Shown: piece after piece, positions 1-9,100 of the stretch | Layout of the letters: every line of letters starts with the position of its first letter | How positions within the stretch are numbered: position 1 is the first letter of the stretch | Virus record (IMG/VR): IMGVR_UViG_3300025897_000009 | Direction: 5' to 3' (one strand) | Source of the DNA: a virus | Length of the DNA: 64,000 bases | Position numbers and translations under genes: made by a program | The notes under the pieces: model-generated | Told to the model about the DNA's origin: nothing | The model's database searches: none | Seen by the model: the letters and a program-made list of their open reading frames with translations, nothing else

Positions 1-133
1 CTACAGGATGAGTTGCTTCTAATGCATGATCAGTCGGAGCAGAGTATCTGGTAACATAACCTTTGTCTAAGATAGATCTTTCGACTGTAAAGGTTTCACC
101 TTTATATGTTTTGCTAATTCTATTTGGTATCAT
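1..133 (-). CDS. hypothetical protein, N-terminal part (runs off window edge)
   Basis: ATG at 131-133 overlaps the end of 120..710; open frame MIPNRISKTYKGETFTVERS... continues to position 1. Confidence 0.6.
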   Translation of the reverse strand, partial: MIPNRISKTYKGETFTVERSILDKGYVTRYSAPTDHALEATHPV

Positions 134-710
134 TATTGATTTCAGTTATAATAGCAACCATGACTTCATTCTTTGCTCGTATGGTAATGTCTTTACCAGA
201 TGATGCTCTACAGTATTCAAACCCCTTAACATGGTTGTCATTAATTTGAGCACGTCCTTTTGCTATAAAGATATGTATATTTCCACCCATGTTGCCGATC
301 TTGATGTATTCATCTTTTTGTAGAGTGGCATAATCGTACACAAGTTCCTTTTCTTGCATCTTATGCTTAGGATGAATGCAGTAAAGATGTCCTCCGTCTA
401 TAAAGTGCATCCTAACTTCGGATGCATCAGTGTGGTTAGGATACCATGGTCTTCCTGGCATAGGATTTGGTTTGAGACCTGTATTAGCATAATGTATGTT
501 ACACCAACCACTAGGAGCAACACCAAAACTATGAGAGTCTTTTCCAAAAAGGACATCATGCCTCTCAGTAAATATATGAATTGCGGAACTTGGTCGTTCA
601 CCTTCTCTACCCTCCTCGAATCGATGAGTGTTTACTTGATAGAACTCATCTACTTTAGCATGGTTATCAAATACTAAGACATCGTCGTAGTTGTACCATT
701 GCCATTTCAT
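120..710 (-). CDS. hypothetical protein, probable cupin-like (double-stranded beta-helix) fold; paralog of 707..1324
   Basis: 196-aa ORF; C-terminal DYATLQKDEYIKI...HIFIAKGRAQIN aligns by eye with DFAQLQKGEYIRL...WVFALHGKVKIL of the neighbour. Confidence 0.6.
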   Translation of the reverse strand: MKWQWYNYDDVLVFDNHAKVDEFYQVNTHRFEEGREGERPSSAIHIFTERHDVLFGKDSHSFGVAPSGWCNIHYANTGLKPNPMPGRPWYPNHTDASEVRMHFIDGGHLYCIHPKHKMQEKELVYDYATLQKDEYIKIGNMGGNIHIFIAKGRAQINDNHVKGFEYCRASSGKDITIRAKNEVMVAIITEINNDTK

Positions 711-1324
711 AATTCAGATACCACACAAACCATGTTATCTGAAGATCTGCCTTGTATATCGTAATCTTTGTTTCCTGAAATAGTAATAAAGTTTATAGAA
801 TCTATTACATCACTATCTTTATATCTTCCACGATTGAGTATCTTTACTTTTCCATGTAAAGCAAACACCCAAACTCGTTTGCCAGGATGTTTCAATCTGA
901 TGTACTCACCTTTTTGTAATTGAGCAAAGTCCCATACGCATTCTACATCACGCATTGTTTTAGGGTTTGCCAATACGCAGAGTGACATCGCATCATCTTG
1001 GAACATCCACTTAATCGAAGTGCCTGTGTATCCTGGCCAAGAAGGAGTTCCTTGAAATGGATTAGGGTCTAATTGCCTAAAATAGTTTATGTTATTCCAC
1101 CCATGTGCATGCACACGACGTGTGACACCAGAACCATCTGCTGCTGGAGCATCCATCTCATTAACGATAGTGCCACCAATGACACATCTAAAGTTGCTAT
1201 GTCTTTGTTCTAGTTCTCTGCCTTTTTGGGGTAGATGAGTGTTGGGAGTATAGACTTCTCCTTTCTTGCCTTCAATAGAAAACATCCAGAAATCTTTAGC
1301 ATCCCAAAATCTATTTTTCGCCAT
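707..1324 (-). CDS. hypothetical protein, probable cupin-like fold; paralog of 120..710
   Basis: 205-aa ORF overlapping both neighbours; C-terminal pattern shared with 120..710. Confidence 0.6.
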   Translation of the reverse strand: MAKNRFWDAKDFWMFSIEGKKGEVYTPNTHLPQKGRELEQRHSNFRCVIGGTIVNEMDAPAADGSGVTRRVHAHGWNNINYFRQLDPNPFQGTPSWPGYTGTSIKWMFQDDAMSLCVLANPKTMRDVECVWDFAQLQKGEYIRLKHPGKRVWVFALHGKVKILNRGRYKDSDVIDSINFITISGNKDYDIQGRSSDNMVCVVSEL

Positions 1325-1886
1325 AATCTTCTATATCTCGTAGTGCTTCTTTCATACTTTGCACTTCTTTGTAGTTTGCTGAATGTTGAATAGTCAACTC
1401 AGGGATTTCTATGTTTACATCAGTATCTATAATCTCATGAATTTTTTGTATTACATAATCATGAGATAAAGAGTCCAGATCTGGATCTTCTAAGAGTCCT
1501 AGATTGAGTGTAGATATTCTACATCTCTTAGTCGAATTGTAAGTTAAGTTGCTTGCTAAATGGTTTAATGATGCTTTCTGTGCAGCATAAAGATAACCCT
1601 TTGAGATATTGGGTTCTGCTGCTCTAGATGAAATGTTAATAATTAGTTTCTTAGGGTCATGTCTCCATTCATTAAAGATAGCATGTAGCAATTCAGTTTG
1701 TCGGAAGCGAAGATGTGCTAAGTTTATAAAAACATCACAGTCTTTTGCTTTCGATATGACTTCATCCACATTCTCAATAGAAGTTCCTTTACTCGAAAAG
1801 GCAACTATCTTAATATAACTAAATTGTTCTAGATACTCTGCTAGTTTTTTGCCGAGTCCACTTTTACCTGTGATTGCTATCTTCAT
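1311..1886 (-). CDS. short-chain dehydrogenase/reductase (NAD(P)-binding Rossmann fold)
   Basis: N-terminal IAITGKSGLGK glycine-rich motif, NISS, catalytic YxxxK (YAAQK). Confidence 0.8.
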   Translation of the reverse strand: MKIAITGKSGLGKKLAEYLEQFSYIKIVAFSSKGTSIENVDEVISKAKDCDVFINLAHLRFRQTELLHAIFNEWRHDPKKLIINISSRAAEPNISKGYLYAAQKASLNHLASNLTYNSTKRCRISTLNLGLLEDPDLDSLSHDYVIQKIHEIIDTDVNIEIPELTIQHSANYKEVQSMKEALRDIEDYGEK

Positions 1887-2787
1887 ATTTGTTTATCAAG
1901 TCAAAACTTGGTTTGCCAAAGAGTGATCCGTCTACACTGCATTTGTTGCAAGGGGATTGACTTCTGTCTCCTTTTCTTAATTTGTTTCTTATTTTTTTCA
2001 TGGGTTTACTAAACCACACATCATGTAATGACGATTGTAAAAGATTTCCTACGACATGTTCTCTACCCCAATCATTTGAACAAAACAACACATCCCCATT
2101 CCAATCTACAAACATTTTATAGAAAGGATAGTGGCATGGTTTACCTTGTAGAGATTTGATGTCGGACTCTTCGATACCAACCCAATCGATCACACCACTT
2201 CTATTGTTGAGTATCAATCCATGTTTTTCAAAATCACCCCAATGCATCCGATACTTATATTTGTCTCTAGGAATCTCTGCCCAAAGAATTAACTCATCAA
2301 AATGTTCCATCTGTTCTGGACCATCATAAAGATTAATGTAAATTAAATCTAATCCGTTATTGTGAATAAGATCTACTAGATACTTATGATCTAACTTATC
2401 ACCATTAGTGTTACATTCTAATGTAGCATAAGGTAACTCTGTTCTGAAAATTTTAACGATATCTCTAAAATCTGGATTGAGTAAGTTCTCACCAAACCCA
2501 CTAAATGAAATTTTACCACTGTAATTATTTTCTGCTAACTCTTCTGCGATGATCTGTGCACCTTTGATTGTTAGATGTAAATTTCTATTTGGGAATACTT
2601 CTGGATCGTGACGAGGACAAAACACACATGTTCTATTACACAACTCTGTGGTATTAATCTCTATTGTAAGTATTGAAGATAAGGGTTTGTCAAGTTGATT
2701 GTGATGCTTTTCGAAGTGCTTTCGTTCTTGTTCTCTACGATGCTCTAAGAAACCATATTGATCAACTGCTGGTATCCTTTCTGTCAT
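1864..2787 (-). CDS. radical SAM protein with SPASM/twitch domain
   Basis: CxxxCxxC (CNRTCVFC), SFSGFGE, NTNG; C-terminal C..P...VDWNGDVLFC...VGNL...CNKC SPASM-type motif. Confidence 0.92.
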   Translation of the reverse strand: MTERIPAVDQYGFLEHRREQERKHFEKHHNQLDKPLSSILTIEINTTELCNRTCVFCPRHDPEVFPNRNLHLTIKGAQIIAEELAENNYSGKISFSGFGENLLNPDFRDIVKIFRTELPYATLECNTNGDKLDHKYLVDLIHNNGLDLIYINLYDGPEQMEHFDELILWAEIPRDKYKYRMHWGDFEKHGLILNNRSGVIDWVGIEESDIKSLQGKPCHYPFYKMFVDWNGDVLFCSNDWGREHVVGNLLQSSLHDVWFSKPMKKIRNKLRKGDRSQSPCNKCSVDGSLFGKPSFDLINKYEDSNHR

Positions 2788-2941
2788 TATAAAATCCTCG
2801 TTCTATAATAGCAGTTTTGATTCTTGGTTCTTTAGGTTCAAAGAGTGCCATGGCACCACGAAGATCTTCTTCGTTATCAGATTCTGCTTTTAGAACATCA
2901 ATGTAAGTTTGACTATTAGTTAAAGATGTTGATTTTTCCAT
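2762..2941 (-). CDS. small 59-aa hypothetical protein (not in ORF track)
   Basis: MEKSTSLTNSQTYIDVLKAESDNEEDLRGAMALFEPKEPRIKTAIIERGFYNDRKDTSS; ATG overlaps the stop of 2941..4320 (TAATG) and fills the gap before the radical SAM gene. Confidence 0.65.
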   Translation of the reverse strand: MEKSTSLTNSQTYIDVLKAESDNEEDLRGAMALFEPKEPRIKTAIIERGFYNDRKDTSS

Positions 2942-4320
2942 TATAAATTAAACTGTGGGGTTGGTACAGTCTGGTGTATTTTACTAATGTCGTTAGCAGG
3001 AGCAGTTGGATCATTCACATAGATCTCTTGTGCTTTCCTAATTGTACCACCCTGATTTATATATACTCCCTTTGCTTTCGCTATCGGACCTATAGGTCTA
3101 GTCGCAGAATATGGTTGTTGAGCAGGGTTTTGATATGTCTGCTGAAAATTATATGCTTGCTGATATGCTTGTTGTATTGGTCTCTGAGCACTATAGGTTT
3201 GTTGATACGCATATGGTTGCTGGAATGCATAAGGTTGTTGAAAACTATAAGGTTGCTGAAATGGATATGGTGTTTGATATGTATGCTGATAAGATTGTTG
3301 AAAAGCATAAGGTTGTTGAAATGGATATGTACCATTTGCAGGTCTTACCCCATTAGCAGGACGAGTAGCAGGTCTTTGTGCCTGTATAGGTCTAGTTGAT
3401 GCTGTCTGGAAAGTTGTATTAATCGTTGCTGCCTGAGCATTTAATGTGTTACTTGCATCATAGAATTCAGGACTTGGTTCACTGTCTCCTTGTTCAAAAG
3501 TTTCATCTTCCATACTCCAATTAACTTGGAAACCATATGGACCTGAAGTTCCTGCAGTAAATTGGTATGATCCTTCAGGAACTGCTGTTGCACCAGAGAT
3601 AAGGTATGTGTTTGCAATTGCTGGAGTTTGAGCAATCAAATCAAACTCACCATCTTGAGCATCTCCTGCGAAGTAACCTTGCGGACCCATTTGCCAATTA
3701 AGAGTGTCACCCTTATTTAATTGTGCTTGAATAGGTGTATTGCTTTGACCAAATGGAGATGCTAATGTTACAGTAGATCTCGGTAAACCTACATTTGCTT
3801 GTACAGCATAGGTGCTCACGAGAGCAGGGTTTGTTCTCTGATATGGTTGAGTAAAGGGTTGCTGAAACTGATAAGGTGCTTGCGCAGCACCTTTCGGTGT
3901 TTGATATGGTGCTGTACCTGACGCAGGTCTTACACTCGTTCTAGTTGAAGGTTGCTGAGCAGGTGTAGGTTGCTGAAAAGGTTGTTGAAAACTATAGTTC
4001 TGCTGAAAAGGTTGCTGGAATGCATAAGGTTGTTGAAATGGATATGTTCCATTTGCAGGTCTTGTTCCATTGGCTGGTCTTGTAGCAGGTGTTTGTGCTG
4101 GAGTTTGCCCTGTTGCAGGTCTGGTACCATTCGCAGGTCTTGTTGCTTGTAGAGGTACAGTTCCTGTTGCTGGTCTTGTAGCATCATATGCTTGTTGAGC
4201 AGGTCGATTTGCTGGTCTTTGTCCAGATGCAGGTCTGGTCGCAGGTTGTTGTATAGGTCTGAATGCCGTGTATGGCTGTTGGAAGTTACTCCCGATATTT
4301 ACATAGATATCATCTGCCAT
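2941..4320 (-). CDS. Pro/Gln/aromatic repeat protein, probable fibre or fibre-tip virion protein
   Basis: 459 aa; two arms of 4- and 6-residue repeats (ATRP, ANGTRP, FQQP, YxFQQP) flanking a non-repetitive ~135-aa domain; directly downstream of the fibre gene. Confidence 0.7.
   Translation of the reverse strand: MADDIYVNIGSNFQQPYTAFRPIQQPATRPASGQRPANRPAQQAYDATRPATGTVPLQATRPANGTRPATGQTPAQTPATRPANGTRPANGTYPFQQPYAFQQPFQQNYSFQQPFQQPTPAQQPSTRTSVRPASGTAPYQTPKGAAQAPYQFQQPFTQPYQRTNPALVSTYAVQANVGLPRSTVTLASPFGQSNTPIQAQLNKGDTLNWQMGPQGYFAGDAQDGEFDLIAQTPAIANTYLISGATAVPEGSYQFTAGTSGPYGFQVNWSMEDETFEQGDSEPSPEFYDASNTLNAQAATINTTFQTASTRPIQAQRPATRPANGVRPANGTYPFQQPYAFQQSYQHTYQTPYPFQQPYSFQQPYAFQQPYAYQQTYSAQRPIQQAYQQAYNFQQTYQNPAQQPYSATRPIGPIAKAKGVYINQGGTIRKAQEIYVNDPTAPANDISKIHQTVPTPQFNL
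3305..4063. repeat. 42-bp near-identical direct repeat (3305-3346 and 4022-4063) within repetitive coding arms
   Basis: gcataaggttgttgaaatggatatgt(a/t)ccatttgcaggtctt, 1 mismatch. Confidence 0.85.
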
Positions 4321-4330
4321 GATCTATCCT

Positions 4331-5962
4331 TTAGACCACGAACCAAAGATGTCCTGTGGAAGTTCCTGTTGCGTCAGTTGGTGCACTACTTGTAATCTCA
4401 TAATCTAATGCTATACTTAAATCGTATGGGTCAGAAGAAGAACCTGGAGTTGTGTCAGTTAAGTTGACATCAATACCTGCTCCTTCTACATATTTTAAAT
4501 ATTTATTTCCATCAACAGTGACTTGTGTTCCGTCACCATCGATAGCATACCATTCGTATGTATTATTTAGTGTTAAAGTTCCAGCAGAGTCATCATAAGT
4601 TTTTGATATGTTAGTTCCTGCTGTAATCAAATTAGCAACTCTGTCATCTACTCTTTCATCAGTATAGAACTTGTTAGTGCCTTCAGAAAAATCATCAGTG
4701 TCTAGTGTTCTAGTTCCACCGAGTGAAACAGATGTACCATTAATAGTAATAGCAGAATTTGCTAATGCTGAGTTTGGTAGATTTGATACACTTAGATCAA
4801 TCGCACCATCACCTGCGTCATCATATGATGCAGTGATGTTTGTATGAGTACCATTAGTGACTAGTTGGGCACCAACGATATCTTGTATGCTTTCTGTATC
4901 TGTAGTTGCTGAGTTTGTGATTGTCAATGAACCAGCAGAATCATCATAAGATAAACTGATGCCTGTTCCTGCTGTGAGTAAAGTATCAACTCTATCATCT
5001 ACTCTTTCGTCAGTGTAGAACTTATTTGTTCCTTCTGCTAGATCGTCAGTATCTAAAACAACTGCACCTGTTAAAGTATTAACACTGGTGACAGGTGAAG
5101 AACTGGCAGAGAAACTAATCACACCTGTAGATGAATCATAAGATAAATCACCAGATGCTGATATTGCATTTCTTGCTAATGTATTACTAAAATATTGATT
5201 GGTAGATCCTTCTGAGAGATCGTCTGTATCTAAACCAGATAAACTTGTTGGTGCACCTGTAAGTGTACCTACAAAAGCAGTTGATGTAATGCTAGAAAAT
5301 CCTGTTCCTACTCCACCTGTAATGCTTGCTGTTCCATCGGTAAGAGTTGGTGCCTCTAAAGAATGACCTGTGTCAAGTGTTAGATCACCATCAACGAAAG
5401 TATTACCTTCTAATTGAATTCTATAACCTGATTCTAATGTAGTAGTCGGAGTAGATCCGTCTCCATTAATAATTACACCTGTAGAGTTATTGTTATAAAT
5501 TGCACCTAATGCTGTGAGTTCCCAATCATCTGCAGACCCACCTGTTGAATCTTGTACATTCAGATAAGAACCTGTAAATGTACATATACGAATAATGTCA
5601 CTAAGACTTGCTGATGAAGTTAAAGTGATAGATGTAAACAATCCACCTGATGCTCCACCAACTGAATAGTCAACACCATTTCTAAGAATAAGTCCATTCT
5701 TAAATACTTGTGTTCTGTTTTGTCTGAAAGATAATGTTTCGCCAACACTATCGGCACCTGTAAAAGTCGTTTGACCTGCTGTAGCAGTAAACTCAAACTC
5801 TTTGAAAAAGAACGACAAATCTTGTATACTATTTACAGCATCTACAATAGATGTCTGATTGATAGTTCTAAGACCTGCAGTATCCCCTACACTTGTCGCG
5901 AGTTCGTTATATCTACTTCTCCATGTTTCAAAAGTATCTTGTTGATTAACTGTCTTTGCCAT
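4331..5962 (-). CDS. tail fibre-like structural protein
   Basis: N-terminal DTFETWRSRYNELA typical of T4-like fibre starts; three DTDD(L/F)xEG.N.(F/Y) repeats, the last two continuing YTDERVDDRV; Gly/Thr/Ser rich. Confidence 0.75.
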   Translation of the reverse strand: MAKTVNQQDTFETWRSRYNELATSVGDTAGLRTINQTSIVDAVNSIQDLSFFFKEFEFTATAGQTTFTGADSVGETLSFRQNRTQVFKNGLILRNGVDYSVGGASGGLFTSITLTSSASLSDIIRICTFTGSYLNVQDSTGGSADDWELTALGAIYNNNSTGVIINGDGSTPTTTLESGYRIQLEGNTFVDGDLTLDTGHSLEAPTLTDGTASITGGVGTGFSSITSTAFVGTLTGAPTSLSGLDTDDLSEGSTNQYFSNTLARNAISASGDLSYDSSTGVISFSASSSPVTSVNTLTGAVVLDTDDLAEGTNKFYTDERVDDRVDTLLTAGTGISLSYDDSAGSLTITNSATTDTESIQDIVGAQLVTNGTHTNITASYDDAGDGAIDLSVSNLPNSALANSAITINGTSVSLGGTRTLDTDDFSEGTNKFYTDERVDDRVANLITAGTNISKTYDDSAGTLTLNNTYEWYAIDGDGTQVTVDGNKYLKYVEGAGIDVNLTDTTPGSSSDPYDLSIALDYEITSSAPTDATGTSTGHLWFVV

Positions 5963-6164
5963 TTTCTAAAGTCCCAATAATTTGTTTAAGCATTCCTTTG
6001 ATAGATGATACCTCGTCTTTTAATATTTTTATTTCCAGTTGAGAAGTCACCCATACTTGTTTTCTTTTTTTGGCAGCACTGTATGCTTCCATGTCAGTGC
6101 TCACTATAGCACCTGACTGTTCATCTCTTAGTAGATTCTTATGTCCGTCTACTTTAATACCCAT
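5946..6164 (-). CDS. conserved small hypothetical protein of T4-like phages
   Basis: KVDGHKNLLRDEQSGAIV motif followed by a coiled coil; tightly packed between structural genes. Confidence 0.7.
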   Translation of the reverse strand: MGIKVDGHKNLLRDEQSGAIVSTDMEAYSAAKKRKQVWVTSQLEIKILKDEVSSIKGMLKQIIGTLENGKDS

Positions 6165-6165
6165 C

Positions 6166-9100
6166 TTATGTTGCGAGTGCTATTGCTCTAAAGTTTTGCA
6201 TGATAGGTATCTCAGTTGTTTTTGTACCTTGTCCTACAACTTTAATTGCGAAAGCAGTAAACTCAGCAATGTTGCTTACAGTGTATTCATACTCTTTAAA
6301 GTTTCTAGAATCTGCCTCTACTGTAATATCTGGACTTCCATTTGTATTGAAGTATGTCCATCCTATTTCATCAAAAGGTAAAGACTCATCGTTTCTTAAA
6401 ACTTTATACATGAGTTTGACATCGTTAGAATTATTTCTAAAGATATCTGCCATTACTTTAATAGCAGTTGCAGGAGTTTTGAGGTTTACTCTCTTGGTGA
6501 GGTAAACCATAGCATTGTTATCTCCTTCAGGTTCAGTGCTATCAGAGAATGTGCTGTAAGATCCAACATCGGATGAAGTATCTACATTGTTAATTCTGTT
6601 ATGTATTGCCAAGCAACCAATTGTACTTAAATCTATCACTGGGGATAGGTTGTTATTAAATGATTGTAATGACAATTGTAATGTAAATGATTTCGCATTT
6701 GACATTTCGTTATTTTCATTTATACCAGAAGCGATCATTTGTCCATCAGCGAAGAAGACATTATCGTTTAAGGCAATATATGAAGATGTACTGTTTCTAG
6801 AGTACTGTGTACCATTAATCACACCCTCTGGTGATTTAGCAGGTGTTGTTCGTACATTACATAATAATGATGTATCTTTAAATGTTAGAGATGGTATCAT
6901 TGTGTGTAATGTATCAAAGTAATAATCTTGTGTTGCTTTTACTGCAGTTCCTCCACCTTTAGAAGTTTCAATCGCAGAACCAACTAAGTCGTATGCAGAA
7001 ACATCAGGTGTTACAGTGTATGAATCTATTTCTATATCAGTCAATGCTGTAAAGGTTGCATTCAATGCTGCGATAGGGAATCCACCCAAAGTATCACCTA
7101 CAGTATCAATCGCAAAGGTTGTGCTGTTTGTAGCAGAACCAAAGTTAGTCACTGTGAGTGTATCAGCAGCATCATACCCAGATCCAGGGTTTTTAATTTT
7201 CCAAGAACTAATAGCACTTGATGCGACAATCACTTTGACTGTTGCACCTGTTCCAGATCCAGAAGTCGTAGTTGCGATGTCATCATAAGTACCATCAGCA
7301 GGGAGTGACCCAGAACCAACTGCAGATGGGTTCGTGATGGTCAACACTGAGTTGGTTCTATCTCCTACGATACCTGTCAGAGTGACATTACCACTAGCAT
7401 CATACATGCCATGTGAATAATGATCAACTTTAATTTTGCTGTTGCCAGATATAAATGATATAGGAGCAGATCCTAATGTTGTTGTGTCTAGTGCATCGTT
7501 GTTAAATCTAACTGTACCACTTAAATCACTGTGGAAAGCACATTGTTTTAAATTGAACTTAAGATCTTCTAATTGCTCAGCAGACCATGTTGATGCGTTT
7601 TGTGATTTGAATAATACACCAGCATATGGTTGATCAGCAATCACTTCTTGTGTAATTAAATCTGTTCCACCCATCTCAGATACGAATGCTTCATAACTGT
7701 TAGAGTTAGAAAGTACAACCACACAATATTCTATTCCATCTTCTAAGTACACTGGAGATTCAAAACTAAAGGTTGTTGCTGTTGAACCATCAGCAGATGT
7801 ATTCACACTTGCTGGTTTCAATGATACTGATGAGAATGGTAATACTATTTGACCAGGATATCCATTAACCATGTTTCTGATTTCTACATTCACAGGTAAT
7901 GAATCATCTTTGGTTTTGAAGTATAGATCAACAGATGATACAAACATACCACCATCTGCTTCAACCATAAATGATTGAGCAAGTGGGTCTCTCCATCCAC
8001 CATCTAACTGTATCTGACCCATAAATTGGTTCATTCTGATAGGTAGTCTTCGAGCAACTATTGGTGCTGGTAATCTTCTTGGTGGTAAAACAGGTTCTAC
8101 TATCGCAGGCACCACAGGTGCTGGAGGTGTAGGTATTGGCAAAGGTGCACGCACAGGCACAGGAGGTGCTTGTACATCAAATTCAACTTGGTTAAGTTCT
8201 TCACCTCTACGAGTGATTGACCTTGATCCTGTTTGTCTTTCTTGTACCACTCTACCATTTCTAGTAGAAGTAATTGTTGTTTGGTTAGATTGTAATAATC
8301 CTCTAGCACTATATGATGCTTGCCCTTTAGAATCAGAATCTATAGACTGAGTTGAAGACGCAGTAACTAGTAGAGTTCTTTCTCCTGTAGGGAATCTTTG
8401 TGCTGAACTATTTGGTATGCTAAATGTAAAGGATATATCACCAGATCGGTCAGACTTAACACCTGCACCCAAAGACGCACTTCCTGTTTGTGAATAGGTA
8501 GAACTTCCTGGAGTACAGAAAGAGTCTACATCAATACCATCAAAGAATACGAAGTGGTTTGTGTTAGGTTTAAATCCATCACCTGTGACTGTAATATCAC
8601 GTGATCTAATAAATGGTATGATACTGATACCAACAGTTCTTGTGTTTCTATCTTCAGTAAATTCTTCTACAACAGAAGTTCTAATACCAGATCTTGTTTG
8701 TGTTTCTGGAGTTTCAGTAATTGTTCTTGTAGTTCTAGCACCTGGAACCCAACGACCACCTTGTCCTGGAGTTCCTTCCCATGAACCTGCACGATTTGTA
8801 ATCGTATCTGTTCCTGAATTATTGGGTTGACCAACCCATGTTGTCTGCCAGTTATTCCAAACTGTACCTAATGAATTGGCATTGCCTGCTAATACTGTGT
8901 CAAAGTTTCCTTCTCTATTGACTCTAATTGCAGGGAGTGTACTTGTATCATTCCATACATCACTTCCTGGAGATAGTCGTACAGTACCCACAAAGGCAAA
9001 CACATTATATGGGTTTACATTAATTGCTTTTGTTGCTTTGCTTTGATTAATAAAAGAAACTTGTGTAAATGGTAAAGTGATAAGATCACCTGTTCTTACA

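Noticed and set aside
3100-4260. Short tandem DNA repeats as a possible CRISPR array or DGR template
   Set aside because: Repeats are in-frame and degenerate at wobble positions, with no unique spacers; no cas gene or reverse transcriptase in the window.
2974-4395. Several alternative-frame and antisense ORFs over the repeat gene
   Set aside because: Shadows of the periodic coding repeats; no RBS or protein-like features.
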